Of a stretch of DNA of 57,914 bases, positions 10,481 to 18,731 are shown piece by piece (position 1 is the stretch's first letter; each line of letters begins with the position of its first letter). Position numbers and translations under genes: made by a program. This DNA is from Rickettsiales bacterium (lineage in GTDB: Bacteria > Pseudomonadota > Alphaproteobacteria > Rs-D84), in the NCBI GenBank assembly GCA_031279085.1, contig JAITJD010000011.1:1-57914 (forward strand). The letters run 5' to 3'. The notes below the pieces were generated by a model. The model ran no database searches and was not told where the DNA came from. It was given only the letters and a program-made list of their open reading frames with translations.

Positions 10481-10843
10481 TTATTTCAATTCCACCTTTG
10501 CGCCGGCAGCTTCCAATGTCGCTTTCAGTTTTTCAGCTTCATCTTTGGCAACCGCTTCTTTCACTGCTTTCGGCGCGCTTTCGACCAAAGCTTTCGCTTC
10601 GCCTAAACCAAGGCCGGTTATGTCTTTCACAGCCTTGATTACAGCCAATTTGTTCGCGCCTACATCAGTCAGGACGACATCAAATTCGCTTTTTTCCTCA
10701 ACGGCCGCAGCCGGGCCCGCCGCTACCGCCACTGCCGCGGCTGCACTGACGCCCCATGTTTCTTCCAATGCCTTGGACAATTCGACTGCTTCCAAGACGC
10801 TCAATTTTGACAATTCTTCAACGATTTTCTGAATATCTGCCAT
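10481..10843 (-). CDS. rplL: 50S ribosomal protein L7/L12
   Basis: 120 aa with the Ala-rich hinge '[18 protein letters not shown]' and the C-terminal domain '[20 protein letters not shown]...AGAKVELK'. Confidence 0.97.
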   Translation of the reverse strand: MADIQKIVEELSKLSVLEAVELSKALEETWGVSAAAAVAVAAGPAAAVEEKSEFDVVLTDVGANKLAVIKAVKDITGLGLGEAKALVESAPKAVKEAVAKDEAEKLKATLEAAGAKVELK

Positions 10844-10936
10844 TTTTTCGCTCCTTTATTGCAAACAACTGACAATCACCAGTAAATTTGCTTTTTTATT
10901 TTTCTTATACTCTCAACTGCACAACTAATACGGTTG

Positions 10937-11428
10937 TCAGCTGTTAGCCGTTAGTTTTCCATACTCTGCCGAAACACGTGCCAAACGCGACGCGGGCTCT
11001 ATCAATATGCGCGCGATTGTGCCGCGGATTTCCGACAGCGACGGAAGCTTTGATAATTGCACGACGTCTTCCGCGCCCAGCAGATTCGCATCCATTTTTC
11101 CACCGATAATGGAAAGGTTCGGATGAGCTTCGGCAAACTTTGCCAAAACCTTTGTCACGGCCAGCGCATCGGTTGCAACAGCAACCGCCGTCGGACGTTT
11201 CATCAAATCCGATACAGACGCAAATTCGGTGTCTTTCAACGCCAGCTTCATCAAGCGGTTTTTAACAACCTTGAAAAGAGACACAATCGGGCGCAGCCCG
11301 TTGCGTAATTCTTCTATTTCCTTGACTGTAAGCCCGTGATTTTCTACAACAAAAACACCGTTCGCTTTTTGCAATGAGGACTGTAGATTTGAGATTAAGC
11401 CTGATTTTTCTTCACGTCTCATTTTCAT
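10937..11428 (-). CDS. rplJ: 50S ribosomal protein L10
   Basis: 163 aa, L10-like ('GLTVKEIEELRNGLR'), immediately upstream of rplL. Confidence 0.93.
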   Translation of the reverse strand: MKMRREEKSGLISNLQSSLQKANGVFVVENHGLTVKEIEELRNGLRPIVSLFKVVKNRLMKLALKDTEFASVSDLMKRPTAVAVATDALAVTKVLAKFAEAHPNLSIIGGKMDANLLGAEDVVQLSKLPSLSEIRGTIARILIEPASRLARVSAEYGKLTANS

Positions 11429-11627
11429 CTCCTCGTAAGGCGTAAGACTGAGAGGTTGAGAAGTTTTTCAACTCGCATCTCATGTTTTGCGCTTCACATT
11501 TTGTTCATTTTCCGTCGCGCTTTTCGGCCCGACGGGGCTCTTTCGTGTCCCAAAAGAGCGAAAACTCTTTTGTCTATGATGGGAATTAAGCCGTTTCCGA
11601 CACCATCAGTCTTGGACAGAAATCTTT
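11429..11627 (-). promoter_or_regulatory. rplA-rplJ intergenic region (probable L10 leader / operon boundary)
   Basis: A 199-nt untranslated gap in the position of the L10(L12)4 autoregulatory leader. It contains the hairpin caaaagag-cgaaaa-ctcttttg (about 11551-11572). No covariance model could be run. Confidence 0.35.
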
Positions 11628-12302
11628 TTAATTTACATCCACCTTCAAACCCGGCCCCTGAGTCGTCGCAACCGAGCACCCCAAAATATACTGCCCCTTG
11701 GAAGAAGAAGGTTTCACCTTTTTCAACTGCTCTATCAAAGCCTTGATATTTTCAGCCAATTTGTCAGTTGAAAACGACATTTTGCCGATTCCCGCATGCA
11801 CAATGCCTTTCTTTTCCGCGCGATATTCTATCTGCCCGGCTTTTGCGGTTTTGACAGCATCGACAACATTGTTCGTAACCGTGCCCAATTTCGGATTAGG
11901 CATCAAGCCCTTTGGCCCCAGCACGCGCGCAACCTTTGACATTTTTGGCATTATATCCGGCGTTGCGATCACGCGGTCAAATTCAATAAAGCCACCGGCG
12001 ACTTTTTCAATCAGCTCTTCGCCGCCGACAATTTCCGCGCCGGCTTTTTTGGCTTCATCTTGGCCGTTTTCCGTAAAAACAGCAACGCGGACTTTTTTGC
12101 CGGTGCCGTTTGGCAAAGAAAGCATGCCGCGAATATTCTGGTCGGCTTTTGAAACATCTATGCCCAGACGAACCGCTATTTCCAAGCTTTCATCAAATTT
12201 GGACGAGCAGTATCCGCGCAAAATATCAATCGCTTCGGACAAAGCATAAGTTTTTTCCGTATCCAAAGAGCCCCAAGTTTTTTGTCTTTTTGTGATTTTC
12301 AT
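11628..12302 (-). CDS. rplA: 50S ribosomal protein L1
   Basis: The ORF runs 11628-12338. The conserved start 'MKITKRQK' is at 12302, just after the rplK stop at 12305. The L1 motifs 'DESLEIAVRLGIDVSKADQNIRG' and 'PNPKLGTVT' are present. Confidence 0.95.
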   Translation of the reverse strand: MKITKRQKTWGSLDTEKTYALSEAIDILRGYCSSKFDESLEIAVRLGIDVSKADQNIRGMLSLPNGTGKKVRVAVFTENGQDEAKKAGAEIVGGEELIEKVAGGFIEFDRVIATPDIMPKMSKVARVLGPKGLMPNPKLGTVTNNVVDAVKTAKAGQIEYRAEKKGIVHAGIGKMSFSTDKLAENIKALIEQLKKVKPSSSKGQYILGCSVATTQGPGLKVDVN

Positions 12303-12304
12303 TC

Positions 12305-12736
12305 TTAATCCTCCACCTTTACGCCCATGGAACGACATTGACCTGCAACTATTTTCGCCGCGGCATCAACGGTAGAGCAATTCAAATCCGGCATTTTTTC
12401 TTCCGCGATTTTACGAACCTGATCAGTTTTTATAGTTCCCGCAAATTCACGCCCAGGTTTTTTGGAGCCCGATTTCAGACCCAAAGACTTTTTGATAAAA
12501 TAGGATACGGGCGGCAGCTTCATGATAAATTCAAAACTGCGGTCTGTATAAACCGTGATAATGCATGGAATTGGCATTCCAGGCTCCTTATCAGCAGTCG
12601 CATCATTAAATTGCTTGCAGAATTCAGATATATTGACGCCAGCCGCACCCAAGGCCGGCCCTATCGGCGGCGCCGGATTTGCCTGCTTGGCCGGCACGAC
12701 AAGCTTGACCAAGCTTTTGATTTCTTTTTTTGCCAT
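12305..12736 (-). CDS. rplK: 50S ribosomal protein L11
   Basis: 143 aa with 'VKLVVPAKQANPAPPIGPALGAAGVNI', the canonical L11 N-terminus. Confidence 0.97.
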   Translation of the reverse strand: MAKKEIKSLVKLVVPAKQANPAPPIGPALGAAGVNISEFCKQFNDATADKEPGMPIPCIITVYTDRSFEFIMKLPPVSYFIKKSLGLKSGSKKPGREFAGTIKTDQVRKIAEEKMPDLNCSTVDAAAKIVAGQCRSMGVKVED

Positions 12737-12898
12737 TTTACAACTCCGTTGTAGTTATGAGTCAAGTCATGAGCTATAAGTTGGCCAAAAACCGACTTTT
12801 TATCTCAAAATCCGACTCGTTTAGAGTCTGCGGTGCGATGTTGGCACATCTGCCGCATCTTGCTTGAAACGAAAATACTTTAATATTTTCCGCTTCCC

Positions 12899-12923
12899 GC
12901 AAATTTTGCAAAGCAAAATTTGC
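12899..12923 (-). promoter_or_regulatory. Perfect 11-bp hairpin abutting the nusG stop
   Basis: gcaaattttgc (12899-12909), loop aaa, gcaaaatttgc (12913-12923). No U-tract follows on the minus strand, so this is more likely a processing or attenuation element at the nusG/rplK boundary than a full terminator. Confidence 0.35.
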
Positions 12924-13456
12924 TAAACTTTTTCAACCTGTGAAAATTCCAGGCTAACATTGGTTTCACGGCCGAACACCAAAATGGTCACCGTCATTTT
13001 CTGCTTTAAGTTATCAACTTCGGACACAATCCCGTTAAAGTTCGCAAAAGGCCCGTCGACGACATGAACTTCTTGTCCGACTTCATATTCCTGAACATCA
13101 ATCGCAAAGCTGCCTTCCTCGACCTGTTTTTGCAATCTGCGCGCCTCTTCTTCGCTTACGGCGATCGGCTTGTTTTTCTGACCCAAGAACATCACAACCT
13201 GAGGCATCAGCTTTATCAGAGAGAAAGTCTCGTTATTCATGACCATCTGAACCAGTATATATCCGGGAAAGAATTTCTTGTCATTTTTGACGCGCTTGCC
13301 GGCTTTGATTTCCGTGACTTCGCGCGTGGGAACCAATATTTCGCCAAACAGCGCGTTCAACCGGCGCTTGTCTATCTGCTCGCGCAGGCCGCGCGCGATT
13401 TTATTCTCGCACCCGGTGTGAACATTAACGACAAACCATTGCATTTTGCCTTCCAT
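12923..13456 (-). CDS. nusG: Transcription termination/antitermination factor NusG
   Basis: 177 aa with 'WFVVNVHTGCENK' (NGN domain) and a KOW motif 'GQEVHVVDGPFANFNGIV'. A GAGGAA RBS precedes the ATG at 13456. Confidence 0.95.
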   Translation of the reverse strand: MEGKMQWFVVNVHTGCENKIARGLREQIDKRRLNALFGEILVPTREVTEIKAGKRVKNDKKFFPGYILVQMVMNNETFSLIKLMPQVVMFLGQKNKPIAVSEEEARRLQKQVEEGSFAIDVQEYEVGQEVHVVDGPFANFNGIVSEVDNLKQKMTVTILVFGRETNVSLEFSQVEKV

Positions 13457-13469
13457 CCGCGTTCCTCTA

Positions 13470-13649
13470 TTAGAAAATCCAACCTACGATTGCATTCAGC
13501 ACATTGTCCGTAAAAAAGAAAAACAATGCCGCCAGACCGGAAACAATCAAAATCATTATGCTGGCGCTTACGACTGTATTACGTGATGGCCATATTATTT
13601 TAAACCATTCGATTCGCACTGACTTAATGTATTCTAGCAATTTCTTCAT
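13470..13649 (-). CDS. secE: Preprotein translocase subunit SecE
   Basis: The ORF extends to 13730 (TTG). The 59-aa core starting at the ATG at 13649, 'MKKLLEYIKSVRIEWFKIIWPSRNTVV...' plus a single TM helix, matches short-form SecE. The start is uncertain; alternatives are 13694, 13706 and 13730. Confidence 0.8.
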   Translation of the reverse strand: MKKLLEYIKSVRIEWFKIIWPSRNTVVSASIMILIVSGLAALFFFFTDNVLNAIVGWIF

Positions 13650-13756
13650 AAACAAAATTCCGGTTTTCCATTTATCCGTCCCGCGACGGCCCATACCAAA
13701 GACCATGGCGAGATTTTCAGTTTTCCGCAAGATTTGACGCGCAAATCAAAGAAAAC

Positions 13757-13830
13757 TGGCAGGGGCAGAAGGAATCGAACCCTCATCCGCGGTTTTGGAG
13801 ACCGATATTCTACCGTTGAACTATGCCCCT
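13757..13830 (-). tRNA. trnW: tRNA-Trp (anticodon CCA)
   Basis: The reverse complement reads AGGGGCATAGTTCAACGGTAGAATATCGGTCTCCAAAACCGCGGATGAGGGTTCGATTCCTTCTGCCCCTGCCA. It has a 7-bp acceptor stem AGGGGCA/TGCCCCT, the anticodon loop CT-CCA-AA, a GGTTCGATTCC T-arm and an encoded CCA. Its position upstream of secE is conserved. Confidence 0.93.
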
Positions 13831-14129
13831 AATTATTGTTCACAGCAGACGGAAAATGGCAGACGGCAGACAGGCTTAACCCGTCATCCATCACCAATCT
13901 GCCATTTTTTATTATCTGTATTTTACCAATCAAAACTCTCTTTATATTTATTTAACGTGCGCTAACATAGCACAGTCATCTTAAAAATCAAGCGGAAACT
14001 ATTATAAATCTTTAATTTGGACAGCGCAAGCAAAAAATTCACGGTTCGCAAAATATAAATATTTGGACAAACCGAGCGCCAAAAGCGCGATATCGGGACT
14101 TGCTATATTTGCGAGTTGCATTTTTTCGC

Positions 14130-14159
14130 TTGCGCAGGGACGCACTTTTTTTCTACAAT
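14130..14159 (+). promoter_or_regulatory. Candidate sigma70 promoter of the virB8-10 operon
   Basis: -35 TTGCGC (14130-14135), an 18-nt spacer, and -10 TACAAT (14154-14159), about 18 nt upstream of the GGAGAG RBS and ATG at 14177. Confidence 0.4.
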
Positions 14160-14176
14160 TTCATAACAAAGGAGAG

Positions 14177-14869
14177 ATGCCGCCAGTGTCAGATATTATA
14201 GAACCGCCAGTTTTGCTGTCAAGATTGATGACTTTTGTATTCGCCGCCGTGCTGGTCGTGGTGGTTGTGCTGGTAATAACTCTGACAAAAATGTATCCCT
14301 TGGAAAAGACGCAGATTCTTTTTCTGACGACGCAGCCGCTGGCGAACACGGAAATAAGAATTTCCACCTTTTCGCCCGACAATGAAAATATGGAACTTTA
14401 CAAGCAGGCATTCATCAAGGAATACCTCAATGCCAGAAATGAAATAATCCCGAATGTCGTCGTCATGCAGAAAAAATGGGGAAATGACGAAGAAGGCCGG
14501 GTCAATAGATGGAGCACACCGGAAGTCTATTCACAATTCATGCAAACGCAAATGTGGAAGTCTTATATGGATGAAGCGCCGGACTTTGAATTCTACTGTC
14601 CGGTGGAATTCAACAATATTCTGCCATTCCCGGGCAGGGAAGACACATATATTGTGAAATTCAGATACTTTTGCACAAATACTAATGGACAAGCCGACAA
14701 TAAAGATTCTACAATTGTAAAGGACTTTACAATAGTAATCAGGCTGGAGCTGGATAATATTGTAAAATGGACGGATCGCCTGCATAATCCCTTGGGCATT
14801 CGCGTCGCCGAATATTCGGTGGAGTCCGACGGCGGCGACCCGTTGGAATTTAATTGGGCTTTAAATTAG
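14177..14869 (+). CDS. virB8: Type IV secretion system protein VirB8-like
   Basis: The ORF runs 14063-14869. The ATG at 14177 has an AAAGGAGAG RBS. The protein is bitopic, with a short N-terminus and the TM helix 'LMTFVFAAVLVVVVVLVITL'. A periplasmic domain follows with VirB8-like blocks ('MYPLEKTQILFLTT', 'YKQAFIKEYLNARNEI', 'YIVKFRYF'). It sits directly upstream of virB9 and virB10. Confidence 0.7.
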   Translation: MPPVSDIIEPPVLLSRLMTFVFAAVLVVVVVLVITLTKMYPLEKTQILFLTTQPLANTEIRISTFSPDNENMELYKQAFIKEYLNARNEIIPNVVVMQKKWGNDEEGRVNRWSTPEVYSQFMQTQMWKSYMDEAPDFEFYCPVEFNNILPFPGREDTYIVKFRYFCTNTNGQADNKDSTIVKDFTIVIRLELDNIVKWTDRLHNPLGIRVAEYSVESDGGDPLEFNWALN

Positions 14870-14896
14870 GTTTTAAAAGGCAAAAAAGGACAAAAT

Positions 14897-16372
14897 ATGA
14901 ACAATGTATCAAGATTATTTGACAAAGCCTTTATTTTATGCGCAATATGTTTTATGCTTTGCGCATTCTCCGCAAATGCAGAGGGGATTCAAGAAGCTTG
15001 GGATAATCCAAATGCAAACATGGCGACCGGCAGCATAAAGCCGGGGTACGCCCAGCTGACATGGTCTCAAGGCAGTGTTCTGCCAATCAAGCTGCGCAAC
15101 GGAATGGTCACTATGATAAATCTGCCGGCTGGCGAGCAAATACAAGACGGAACAGTCGGCGAAGAGAATTTGTTTAAATTTGAATTGCAGCAAAACGGCC
15201 AGTCCATGTTCATCTCGCCGACCGGAAGCAACTACGGCGCCGATACGAACATGATTGTAACCGGAAAATCCGGAAACAAGTACATATTTTATCTGCGCAG
15301 CGAGCCCGCGAATTCCAGCGAGATAACATACTCCCAAGTTGATGTGGTGTTGGACGGAAACAACGTCATTCCCAGCGCTTCCGGCAACAGCGCCGCCAGC
15401 ACCGGCATGGGCTCTATTTTCAAAAAGGCGGCGGCCGGAACTTCTGTCATCGGCGTCGACGGGGAAGACTATGGGTGGATAAAGTCAATGAAAATCGATC
15501 CGTCCGAATTCCGCTTTGACTTGGATATTTTCGTTCCGAACCCGGACGATTATGTAATCGCGCCCGAACGCGTGTGGCGCGACAGAATCTTCACATACAT
15601 AGACTTTGGCGACAAGGTCATCGCAATGACCCAGCGGCCCGTTGTGTCCCTGCTGGTCGAAGGGGGCGAATCGCCTGTCGGATTCCGCACGGACGGCGAA
15701 AACGGACGGCTGCTTATTATAGAAGCCGTGGGCGATATGGTTCTGCGTTCCGGGCAGAGAATAGTCTGCATCAAAAAACGCGGCAAGCCTTTCCTGATTG
15801 CCGACACCGCCAGCGTGATGGCGCTGGCCGAAGCAAATGTCGCGCAGAGCATGATGTCCAGCCAGTCTCTGAACAATGTCGCTTATTATGGCCAGCCGGC
15901 AGCGATGGCGGCAAATACTCAGAATTACGCGGGAATGCAGGCTGCTTCATTAACCATGGCGTCCGCTGGCGCGGCTTACGGCTCCTCGGGAATAAACATG
16001 CTTCCGACTGAAAGAAACACTGCCGGCGCATATCTGCCGCAGATCAATATTCCGCTGATCAGCAGCAATCAAGCCGGCGTCGCCGTAGAGTTGAAATCGG
16101 ATACATCTGTAAAGGCTTTGAATGATTATTGGACAAGCCTGCTGGCAAAATTCAGCGGAGAAGACGGCAAAGGATTGTTGACGCCTTATATGAATATGGT
16201 GTTTTTCGCCGTTGACGAGCAAGGCGTCGGCGACCTGGGTTCAGAATCGGCAACCGCGCGGCTGTACCGCCTGAGAATCGGCCCGCTGCAAGACATCGAC
16301 ACCGCGCAGACGTTATGCGACAAGATGTTGAAATTCTCCGGCGCCAGCTGCAATGTCGTAAGAATACAATAA
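14897..16372 (+). CDS. virB9: Type IV secretion system protein VirB9/CagX-like with C-terminal SPOR-like domain
   Basis: 491 aa with the signal peptide 'LCAFSANAEG'. The VirB9 N-domain ('VTMINLPAGEQIQ...MFISPTG...TNMIVTGKSGNKYIFYLRS') and C-domain ('IAPERVWRDRIFTYIDFGD...PVVSLLVEGGESPVGFR...LRSGQRIVCI') are present. After about aa 297 there is a low-complexity linker. Residues 393-491 look like a SPOR fold ('LYRLRIGPLQDIDTAQTLCDKMLKFSGASCNVVRIQ'). Confidence 0.85.
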   Translation: MNNVSRLFDKAFILCAICFMLCAFSANAEGIQEAWDNPNANMATGSIKPGYAQLTWSQGSVLPIKLRNGMVTMINLPAGEQIQDGTVGEENLFKFELQQNGQSMFISPTGSNYGADTNMIVTGKSGNKYIFYLRSEPANSSEITYSQVDVVLDGNNVIPSASGNSAASTGMGSIFKKAAAGTSVIGVDGEDYGWIKSMKIDPSEFRFDLDIFVPNPDDYVIAPERVWRDRIFTYIDFGDKVIAMTQRPVVSLLVEGGESPVGFRTDGENGRLLIIEAVGDMVLRSGQRIVCIKKRGKPFLIADTASVMALAEANVAQSMMSSQSLNNVAYYGQPAAMAANTQNYAGMQAASLTMASAGAAYGSSGINMLPTERNTAGAYLPQINIPLISSNQAGVAVELKSDTSVKALNDYWTSLLAKFSGEDGKGLLTPYMNMVFFAVDEQGVGDLGSESATARLYRLRIGPLQDIDTAQTLCDKMLKFSGASCNVVRIQ

Positions 16373-16385
16373 AAGCATCGGGATA

Positions 16386-18731
16386 ATGAAATCGCTGAAA
16401 GAATCTTTCACTGAATTGAGAAAATCAACGCCAAAGCATGCCCAATGGTTGTTGCTGGCCGCTGCTTTTATCGTCGTTCTTATATTGCTTAGCCTTATTT
16501 TTAAAGGAAAGTCCAAACAAGATGTTGGCGTTTTAAGTGATGCGGCGCCCGTTTTGAATATTGAGCCCCAATCTTTGGATTGGTCTTCAACCACAATCGG
16601 TCAGACAAAAAAACAGGAGTTTGTCATTTCTTCAAACCTTCCTGTGAAAATCAAAGATATTCGCTTGCAAAAAGAAGCGCCGGGATTAAAAAAGCCGCTG
16701 ACAACCTGCAAGACGATATCGCAAATTGACAAGAACGTGCCCTGCACAATAACCATGGAATACTCGCCCGATCAGGTTCAGGATAATACCGCAATATCCC
16801 TGTTTGTCGATTGGATTGACCGGCGCGACATTGCGCGGTCTGATACAATGACTTATACAGAAAAGATTGTAATTTCTATCGGTGCCGTTGAAAAAGTCAA
16901 ATCAGAACCTGTTCCGCCGCCAAAGCCGGAACCCGAACCGGAGCCTGAACCAGATCCGATATCCGACCCCCTGCCGGCGCCGAAGATAAAGCCAGAACCG
17001 GATCCAAAACCTATTCCTGAACCAAAACCTGAACCAAAGCCCGCGCCAGAACAGGATTCGAAATCTTGCTTTGATTTCGCGTTTCCAGGATATAACGCGT
17101 CCGGCCAGCAAATCGGCTGGATACGTCCGCAACATGGCGAGTATGTGTTTCATCCTTTTGCAGACAAGAAATGCGCTTCGCCGACAGGAATATATAATCC
17201 TGACAACGGAATAATCTCAGACATCAATAACCCGTCCAAAAAGATAGGAACAGATGCGGAGCATATCGGATACGGCGCCATAACAAGCGGAACTATCCCG
17301 CAGCTTTCAAACAGCGCCAAGCCACGCGCCATGAACAAGGCGCTGCAACTGGATTCCGAGCAAATAAAAACTCAGACATACACTGGTTTCCACAAGTTGT
17401 TAGACGCGCCAAAACCTGAAAAGCTTTTTACATCTTCCGGTGAAACGGTGGTTTCCAGCAAACCTTATGATCGTTCGTTCCTTTTGCGCCAGTACAAGCC
17501 TATCCCTGCGACAATCGTATCGGAAATCCGCGCGGACCTTCAAACTTTGAATGATAAGAACGGGCTGCCTGTGACGGCAACGGTCGACCGCAATGTATAC
17601 TCCGACAATGGCCGCAATATTATAATCCCGACCGGAACAATGATATTGGGTTATGTTACCGGCGATATTCCCGGCCCATATAAAACAATCGGACGAATGC
17701 ATATTAAATGGTATCAATTTATTCGTCCCGATGGGGTTGAATTCAATTTTGGCACTATGGATAAGCATCCGTTTTCCGCCGATAGCCAAGGGCGCGCCGG
17801 CGTTCCCGGACACGGCAGCAGCGATTATTTAGAGCAATTCGTCATGCCGCTGCTGACGGCGGTCGTGCCGGCGGCGGTAAATATGATCGCGCCAATTGCG
17901 GACAAGTTCGTAAATCAGATTGATTTGGACAATAACACGGTGACGCAAAGCGGACAGGTTCGTTCTTCGGAATTGGCGAAGCAAGAAGTCATCACAACTT
18001 GGAACAAGATTGCAAACAAATTGATGGTCGATATGATGGACAATACTGTGCCGCCTTTTTCCATTGCCGCCGGCACCCGCATTACTGTTTTTTCACCTGT
18101 TGATCTGCTGGTTACATGCGGTGTTCAAGGTGATAATACTAAAGCATGCGCGATCCAGGCATATAGTGAAGAAACGCGCTTTGATATTAGTAGTCGCGAC
18201 GAAGTAACCCAAGCCAAGGAAGCCGAAAATATTGGCAGTATGAGTGGACAAGTGCGTTCGTTCAATTTGGAGCCATACTGCACAAATGATGTAAAAACTG
18301 GCAACAAAACTGTCGACGAGTCAAAAGCAAAAGAAATACAAGAGGCAGGCCTTGATTATCGCACGGTTTTATTCTACTGCCAGTCCCTAAACTATCAGGC
18401 AATCAACACTGCAAAGCAAAATGCAGTGTTTCAGAACCAGCAGCAAACCAGCATGACAACCACAAACGCAAGCGGCGAGAAAGTCCAAATGACCATTGGC
18501 TCTGAAGACTATAATAAAAATGTTCTGGGGCTTGAATACAAAGACGACGGCACTATAAAGAATCCATTCCAAAAAGAAGCCGCGCCTGTTGCGACAGGCA
18601 TTACCTGCGAAGACGGCACGAAGCCGGATCCAAACGGCTGTTGTACTGGTGAAACTTATACCGATATGGGCGAAGATGGCTTTAATTGTTGTCCCGCCGG
18701 CAGCGGCGATTGCTTTCCGCCAATACTATAA
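16386..18731 (+). CDS. virB10: Type IV secretion system protein VirB10/TrbI-like, extended
   Basis: 781 aa. It has an N-terminal TM helix (aa 20-39), a Pro-rich spacer 'PVPPPKPEPEPEPEPDP...PEPKPEPKPAPE' (aa 173-222), and a TrbI core. The core reads 'IPATIVSEIRADL...LPVTATVDRNVYSDNGRNIIIPTGTMILGYV...GRMHIKWYQFIRPDGVEF...DSQGRAGVPGH' (aa about 365-576). There are also extra N-proximal and C-terminal regions. Confidence 0.88.
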   Translation: MKSLKESFTELRKSTPKHAQWLLLAAAFIVVLILLSLIFKGKSKQDVGVLSDAAPVLNIEPQSLDWSSTTIGQTKKQEFVISSNLPVKIKDIRLQKEAPGLKKPLTTCKTISQIDKNVPCTITMEYSPDQVQDNTAISLFVDWIDRRDIARSDTMTYTEKIVISIGAVEKVKSEPVPPPKPEPEPEPEPDPISDPLPAPKIKPEPDPKPIPEPKPEPKPAPEQDSKSCFDFAFPGYNASGQQIGWIRPQHGEYVFHPFADKKCASPTGIYNPDNGIISDINNPSKKIGTDAEHIGYGAITSGTIPQLSNSAKPRAMNKALQLDSEQIKTQTYTGFHKLLDAPKPEKLFTSSGETVVSSKPYDRSFLLRQYKPIPATIVSEIRADLQTLNDKNGLPVTATVDRNVYSDNGRNIIIPTGTMILGYVTGDIPGPYKTIGRMHIKWYQFIRPDGVEFNFGTMDKHPFSADSQGRAGVPGHGSSDYLEQFVMPLLTAVVPAAVNMIAPIADKFVNQIDLDNNTVTQSGQVRSSELAKQEVITTWNKIANKLMVDMMDNTVPPFSIAAGTRITVFSPVDLLVTCGVQGDNTKACAIQAYSEETRFDISSRDEVTQAKEAENIGSMSGQVRSFNLEPYCTNDVKTGNKTVDESKAKEIQEAGLDYRTVLFYCQSLNYQAINTAKQNAVFQNQQQTSMTTTNASGEKVQMTIGSEDYNKNVLGLEYKDDGTIKNPFQKEAAPVATGITCEDGTKPDPNGCCTGETYTDMGEDGFNCCPAGSGDCFPPIL

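Noticed and set aside
13853-13911. An 11-bp inverted repeat, aaaatggcaga / tctgccatttt with a 34-nt loop, is followed by a T-run and looks like a plus-strand terminator.
   Set aside because: No plus-strand gene lies upstream, because the adjacent tRNA-Trp is on the minus strand. The long loop also makes it a poor intrinsic terminator. It may be promoter-region structure for the tRNA, but that is unsupported.
14063-14176. Several ORFs in the track have N-terminal extensions. These include VirB8 from 14063, rpoC to 6197, rpoB to 10392, rplA to 12338, lspA to 22280, gapR from 28167 and comEC from 30283.
   Set aside because: In each case an internal ATG preceded by a Shine-Dalgarno coincides with the conserved family N-terminus. 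The extensions overlap neighbouring genes or lack an RBS.
16902-17153. A minus-strand ORF (83 aa, W/R/F-rich) lies opposite the VirB10 proline-rich region.
   Set aside because: It is the antisense reading of the CCn/GAn-rich PEPK repeat. It is a compositional artefact.
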